DNA of 32,000 nt from Candidatus Fokinia solitaria (lineage in GTDB: Bacteria; Pseudomonadota; Alphaproteobacteria; Rickettsiales; Midichloriaceae). The DNA is taken from contig NZ_CP025989.1 in the NCBI RefSeq assembly GCF_003072485.1, forward strand, positions 90,001-122,000. Reading direction: 5' to 3'. The number at the start of each line of letters is the position of its first letter. Position 1 is the first letter of the stretch. The position numbers and the translations under genes were made by a program. The notes below the pieces were generated by a model that was given only the letters and a program-made list of their open reading frames with translations, ran no database searches and was not told the DNA's origin. This document shows positions 27,686-32,000 of the stretch, piece after piece.

Positions 27686-29794
27686 ATGTTTTCCATGTCG
27701 CGTAGGGAGGTAAAATCTGATTCCTCAGTCAAAATGTACTTGTGTTCCGGTATACTGAAAGGTGTTGGTGAGCAGATTGGACGAAAAATATACGAGCGTT
27801 TTGGTGAGGAGAGTCTGAAAGTAATGGAAGAAAGTTATGATAGATTGACAGCGATATCAGGAATCAGCTCAAGAAAAGCAAAAGATATACATGATTGTTT
27901 CATGAAAAATAAGCATGAATACAAAAGAGTGATGTTCTTTCAGCGATATAGTATTACACCGTACATAGCTTCTAAGATTATTCAACGGTATGGCGCAAAT
28001 TACGAAGAAGTGATTTCGAAAAATCCTTATAGATTAGCAAGAGAGATCAAGGGTGTAGGATTTTTAAGCGCTGATCGTATAGCTGAAAATTTCGGAATCG
28101 CAAAAAATTCTCAGGAAAGGATAATGGCCGGTATTATTCACGTCATATCCGAATTTGGAATTGACGGTTCTTCCGGAGTAAGTATTGGCACTTTGGCGAA
28201 TAAGAGTGCGATCACTTTAGAAGTATCTTCTGAGGATGTGCTGTCAGCACTTATGATTTTACTGAAAGAGAAGCAGCTCTTCTTATATGAGTATTCATTC
28301 TATTCTGGTGGTAGAAGGATAGAAAGTGAGGAGGAAATCAAGCGTCATCTATACAGTGCTGAAGACGATGTGCAGAGTATTGTAATGCTTCCTGTGTATT
28401 ACCATATGGAAAATGGAATAGCGCGAAAACTCGTACAAATTATCCGTAATAGTGGAAAGAACAAAATTCAATCTCTAGACATAGAAGAAGGATTACATTT
28501 CATTTCGACTGCGTTTAATGTGCAGTTATCAGATGGACAGATCAGTGCTTTTAGAAATATATTCACGCACAAAGTATCAATTATTACAGGAGGGCCTGGT
28601 ACTGGTAAGACGCAGCTAATATTTTCTGTTATTAAAGCAGCAAAACAGCAGATGTCAGATATAAAGATAAAGCTTGTTGCGCCAACAGGTAAAGCTGCGA
28701 AGAGAATAAAAGAGTCTTCAGGAGAGAATGCTACCACAGTTCATAGGTTACTTGAATTTGATCCAGTTATTAGCACTTTCAGGTATAATGAAGAGAACTT
28801 ATTGAAGTGCGATCTGATTGTAGTAGATGAAAGTTCAATGATAGATATCAGATTGATGAATGCTTTATTAAAAGCAGTTTCGTTGGATACTACCATGGTT
28901 TTTGTAGGAGATGTGGATCAGCTGCCATCGGTAGGTGCGGGGCAAGTTCTGAATGATATGATTACGTCGAATATGGTGAAAGTTGCTTACTTAGAGAAGA
29001 TTTTTAGACAAGTGGAGCATAGTAAAATAGTGCAATATGCACATATGATTAAAAATGGCAATGTACCTAGCTTTCAAGCAGGTACTGCAGTATGTGACGG
29101 CGGTGATGTAGTATTTTTTGAAGAAGAGTTACCGGCAAATGTCCCTAATACTGTGATCAATTTGCTTCAAGGAAATATGCTTCGTCTTTTATTTGGATTA
29201 GAGGATAGTAATGAGATGAAACGGCAAAATCTCAGATACATTATGGATAATGTGCAAGTGATATCGCCAATGCAAAAAGGAGAAGCAGGAGTGCGCGCAT
29301 TGAACATTGCTATGCAAGCAAAGTTGAATCAAACGCAAGAGTATGTGAAAGGGCTGAATTATATGTACAAAGTTGGAGATAAAGTAATGCAGGTGGAGAA
29401 TAACTATAGTAAAAAAGTCTTCAATGGCGAAATAGGAGTAATCGAAGGGATAGATGCACAACAAAAAGAAATTCGCGTACTATTCGAAGAAAGGGGAAAA
29501 GTTGCTTACAAAAGAACAGAATTGGAGCAACTGAGTCTTGCATATGCTATTACGATCCATAAATCTCAAGGTTCTGAGTACAGAGCAGCAATCATACCTA
29601 TCATGATGCAACATAGTGTGATGCTTGAGAGAAGGCTGATATATACCGCGCTTACTAGGGTAAAGGATATAGCAATTTTCGTAGGGCAGAAACGCGCATT
29701 TGGGATGGGAGTAAAACGCGCAAATTCGGCAAAAAGGTATACGGCTTTGCGGTATATATTACAGTCTCTTGATGATGGAAAAAATTGTCAATAA
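27686..29794 (+). CDS. recD2: RecD2-like SF1B ATP-dependent DNA helicase (RecD/TraA family)
   Basis: HhH-like N-terminus (LKGVGEQIGRKIYERFG, ISGISSRKAKDI, IKGVGFLSADRIA). Walker A ITGGPGTGKT, APTGKAAKR, Walker B VVDESSMID. Also VGDVDQLPSVGAGQV, ITIHKSQGSEY and IYTALTRVK. Confidence 0.8.
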   Translation: MFSMSRREVKSDSSVKMYLCSGILKGVGEQIGRKIYERFGEESLKVMEESYDRLTAISGISSRKAKDIHDCFMKNKHEYKRVMFFQRYSITPYIASKIIQRYGANYEEVISKNPYRLAREIKGVGFLSADRIAENFGIAKNSQERIMAGIIHVISEFGIDGSSGVSIGTLANKSAITLEVSSEDVLSALMILLKEKQLFLYEYSFYSGGRRIESEEEIKRHLYSAEDDVQSIVMLPVYYHMENGIARKLVQIIRNSGKNKIQSLDIEEGLHFISTAFNVQLSDGQISAFRNIFTHKVSIITGGPGTGKTQLIFSVIKAAKQQMSDIKIKLVAPTGKAAKRIKESSGENATTVHRLLEFDPVISTFRYNEENLLKCDLIVVDESSMIDIRLMNALLKAVSLDTTMVFVGDVDQLPSVGAGQVLNDMITSNMVKVAYLEKIFRQVEHSKIVQYAHMIKNGNVPSFQAGTAVCDGGDVVFFEEELPANVPNTVINLLQGNMLRLLFGLEDSNEMKRQNLRYIMDNVQVISPMQKGEAGVRALNIAMQAKLNQTQEYVKGLNYMYKVGDKVMQVENNYSKKVFNGEIGVIEGIDAQQKEIRVLFEERGKVAYKRTELEQLSLAYAITIHKSQGSEYRAAIIPIMMQHSVMLERRLIYTALTRVKDIAIFVGQKRAFGMGVKRANSAKRYTALRYILQSLDDGKNCQ

Positions 29795-30758
29795 AGTTAT
29801 TCTTGCACGTCCAAGTGGATTCTGTGCTGGTGTGAGGAGAGCGGTAGAAATATTAAACAGATGCTTGGATGCATATGGCACTCCGCTGTATGTGAAACAT
29901 AAAATTGTCCATAATCAAAGAGTTGTTTCGGATATGGAAAAGAGAGGTGTGGTCTTTATAGAAGATATAGAAGAAGTACCATGCAATTCGAATATCGTAT
30001 TTTCTGCGCATGGTGTCAGTAAAGAAGTAGAAGAGAAGGCAAAAGAAAAAAAGTTACGTATTATAGATGCTACATGTCCATTAGTTAAGAAGGTACATAG
30101 AAAGGTAGAAACAATATCTACTTCCGAAATGTATGAATTAGTAGTGATAGGATCGGCAAAGCATCCTGAGATTATAGGTACTATAGGACGTATACCAAAG
30201 CATATACGATACCATGTAATATCTTCTACAGACGAAGCTGAAAGCCTCAATACAGGTAGTGTCAATATACGATATATTACTCAAACAACTCTTAGTGTAG
30301 ATGAAGCACAAGACATAGTAAGTGTTTTAATAAAGCGTTTTCCAAGCATCAAACAAGAGAGTGATATTGATATATGCTATGCTACTCAAAATAGACAGGA
30401 TGGAGTAAAAAAACTCGTAGAAGTAGCAGATGTGATCCTTGTAGTAGGATCAGCTATCAGTTCCAATTCCAATAATTTGGTAAAAGTAGGTATGTATCAT
30501 GGCAAAAAGACATTTCTTATTGAATCACTTAGCGAATTGGATACTATTCATGAAGCAATTCTGCATGTAAGACAGTATGCAGTCGCGCCTATCAATATAG
30601 GTGTTACTGCTGGTGCGTCTACACCCGATGTAAGTATCATTGAGGTGGTAAGTACTTTGCGGAAGCGATATAAAGGAGTAATATATGAGGAGTTGGACGT
30701 GCACAATGAAGACGGTATCTCGTTTAAAATATCACATAAATTTTCTAATTCAAAATGA
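29772..30758 (+). CDS. ispH: 4-hydroxy-3-methylbut-2-enyl diphosphate reductase
   Basis: RPSGFCAGVRRAVEIL (Cys1), DATCPLVKKVH (Cys2), ICYATQNRQ (Cys3), GSAISSNSNNL. ATG at 29772 (TTG at 29769). Overlaps the recD2 3' end by about 23 nt. Confidence 0.9.
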   Translation: MMEKIVNKVILARPSGFCAGVRRAVEILNRCLDAYGTPLYVKHKIVHNQRVVSDMEKRGVVFIEDIEEVPCNSNIVFSAHGVSKEVEEKAKEKKLRIIDATCPLVKKVHRKVETISTSEMYELVVIGSAKHPEIIGTIGRIPKHIRYHVISSTDEAESLNTGSVNIRYITQTTLSVDEAQDIVSVLIKRFPSIKQESDIDICYATQNRQDGVKKLVEVADVILVVGSAISSNSNNLVKVGMYHGKKTFLIESLSELDTIHEAILHVRQYAVAPINIGVTAGASTPDVSIIEVVSTLRKRYKGVIYEELDVHNEDGISFKISHKFSNSK

Positions 30759-32000
30759 ATGATCTTATCTCATTTCTACAGAACCGTGGATTTGTATATC
30801 AGTCTACAGATCTGAATGCTACTAGAGAGCTTTTTTCGAATTCCGTTGCTGCGGGATACATAGGATTTGACTGTACAGCAAAATCATTACATATAGGAAG
30901 TTTAGTACAGCTAATGCTGTTATCACACGTAAGAAATGCAGGGCATAACGTGATAATAGTGCTAGGTACCGCTACCACTATGATCGGTGATCCTTCTGAT
31001 AAAACGGAGATGAGGCGTATGATGCCATATGACGAAATTGTCAGTAATAAACGTGCTATCAGAGCGAATCTTCTTCATTTTTTTGGAATAGATGAAGATA
31101 GAGATGGTGTTTTTCATCGGCAGGATAAAGGCGATCTCATTATTGTAGATAACAGAGATTGGTTAATGGATGTGAAGTATGTCGAATTTCTAAGAGATTA
31201 CGGTAAGTATGTGTCAATTAATCGGATGCTTTCATTTGAGCACGTCAAAAGAAGGCTTGAGTTAGATCAGCCACTTTCATTTCTCGAGTTTAACTACATG
31301 TTATTGCAAGCATATGATTTTCTCGAGTTGAATAAAAAGTACAATTGTAGTGTGCAGTTTGGTGGATCAGAACAGTGGGGTAACATTGTCGCAGGAATAG
31401 AACTGGCGAAGAAAGTATCTGGTATTGATACAATGTATGGTGTTACAACTCCACTTATTACCAATTCTAGTGGTGTGAAGATGGGGAAAACGGTGGATGG
31501 TGCTGTATGGTTGAATAGCGATATGAAAAGTTCATATGATTTTTGGCAATTTTGGAGAAGCGTGGACGATAAAGACGTAAGGAGATTTATGCAGTTATAC
31601 ACTTATATGAGCTTAGAGGAGATATCTGAAGTTTGTAATGATAATGATATTAATCAGCAGAAGGTTATACTTGCAAATGCTGTAACTACGATCTGTCATA
31701 GCGCAGAAGAGGCAGAGAAAGCACATGAAAAAGCTTCAGCGATATACGAGAAAAAGAATTTCGATGATGTGCAAAGTTTTACTGTAGATTTCTCTAGAGA
31801 TAAAAGTATTCCGTTATGCAATGTGATGGCTTCCACTGGTATTACATCGTCTATAGGTGAGGCTAAAAGACTGATTAGTGGTGGTGGTGTAAGGATAAAT
31901 GGTATCGTTGTTGAAGATGAGTTACATAATTTATCAAAGGAAGATATAGCCACAGAAAAATGCATCATTTCTATAGGGAAAAAACGTTACTTTAAGTTAG
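30755..32000 (+). CDS. tyrS: Tyrosyl-tRNA synthetase, 3'-partial (runs off the window)
   Basis: Not in the ORF track because there is no stop in the window. Manual translation from ATG 30755 gives MNDLISFLQNRGFVYQSTD...GFDCTAKSLHIGSL (HIGH motif)...FGGSEQWGNI...KMGKT (KMSKS motif). A C-terminal S4-like domain follows (GEAKRLISGGGVRINGIVV). The start overlaps the ispH stop (ATGA). Confidence 0.9.
   Translation, partial: MNDLISFLQNRGFVYQSTDLNATRELFSNSVAAGYIGFDCTAKSLHIGSLVQLMLLSHVRNAGHNVIIVLGTATTMIGDPSDKTEMRRMMPYDEIVSNKRAIRANLLHFFGIDEDRDGVFHRQDKGDLIIVDNRDWLMDVKYVEFLRDYGKYVSINRMLSFEHVKRRLELDQPLSFLEFNYMLLQAYDFLELNKKYNCSVQFGGSEQWGNIVAGIELAKKVSGIDTMYGVTTPLITNSSGVKMGKTVDGAVWLNSDMKSSYDFWQFWRSVDDKDVRRFMQLYTYMSLEEISEVCNDNDINQQKVILANAVTTICHSAEEAEKAHEKASAIYEKKNFDDVQSFTVDFSRDKSIPLCNVMASTGITSSIGEAKRLISGGGVRINGIVVEDELHNLSKEDIATEKCIISIGKKRYFKL

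Overview
AT-rich, gene-dense window. From gene content alone (no search was run) it reads like a reduced alphaproteobacterial chromosome, Rickettsiales/Anaplasmataceae-like. I can support 23 CDS and 2 tRNAs. 21 CDS are recognisable housekeeping genes: rnd, gshA, secD, ispE, a UbiH-family monooxygenase, lepB, ddl, secY, nuoL, metK, fabD, ftsQ, efp, rplF, mutS, ftsZ, ligA, tgt, a recD2-like helicase, ispH and a 3'-partial tyrS. One more is a small membrane/coiled-coil protein, possibly F0 subunit b-like. The main candidate for something new is the only non-housekeeping gene, a 685-aa ORF (496..2553, +) between tRNA-Lys(UUU) and tRNA-Asn(GUU). It has all three Bergerat-fold (GHKL) ATPase motifs at the N-terminus and a clear PD-(D/E)xK nuclease pattern (E487, D553, E570-x-K572) at the C-terminus. 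I read it as a candidate single-protein ATP-gated nuclease (defence/conflict) module, unexpected in a reduced genome. Second, ligA lacks a recognisable BRCT domain. It ends instead in an in-frame 114-bp (38-aa) tandem repeat tail, and diverged copies of that tail fill the adjacent 1.17-kb non-coding region (22863..24035). Third, conserved operons are broken up. rplF sits alone with efp and ftsQ, secY sits with nuoL, and ddl, ftsQ and ftsZ are dispersed with no ftsA. No CRISPR array, IS element, integrase, rRNA or prophage genes were seen. All family assignments come from reading motifs by eye. Identities and composition are approximate manual estimates, not computed.
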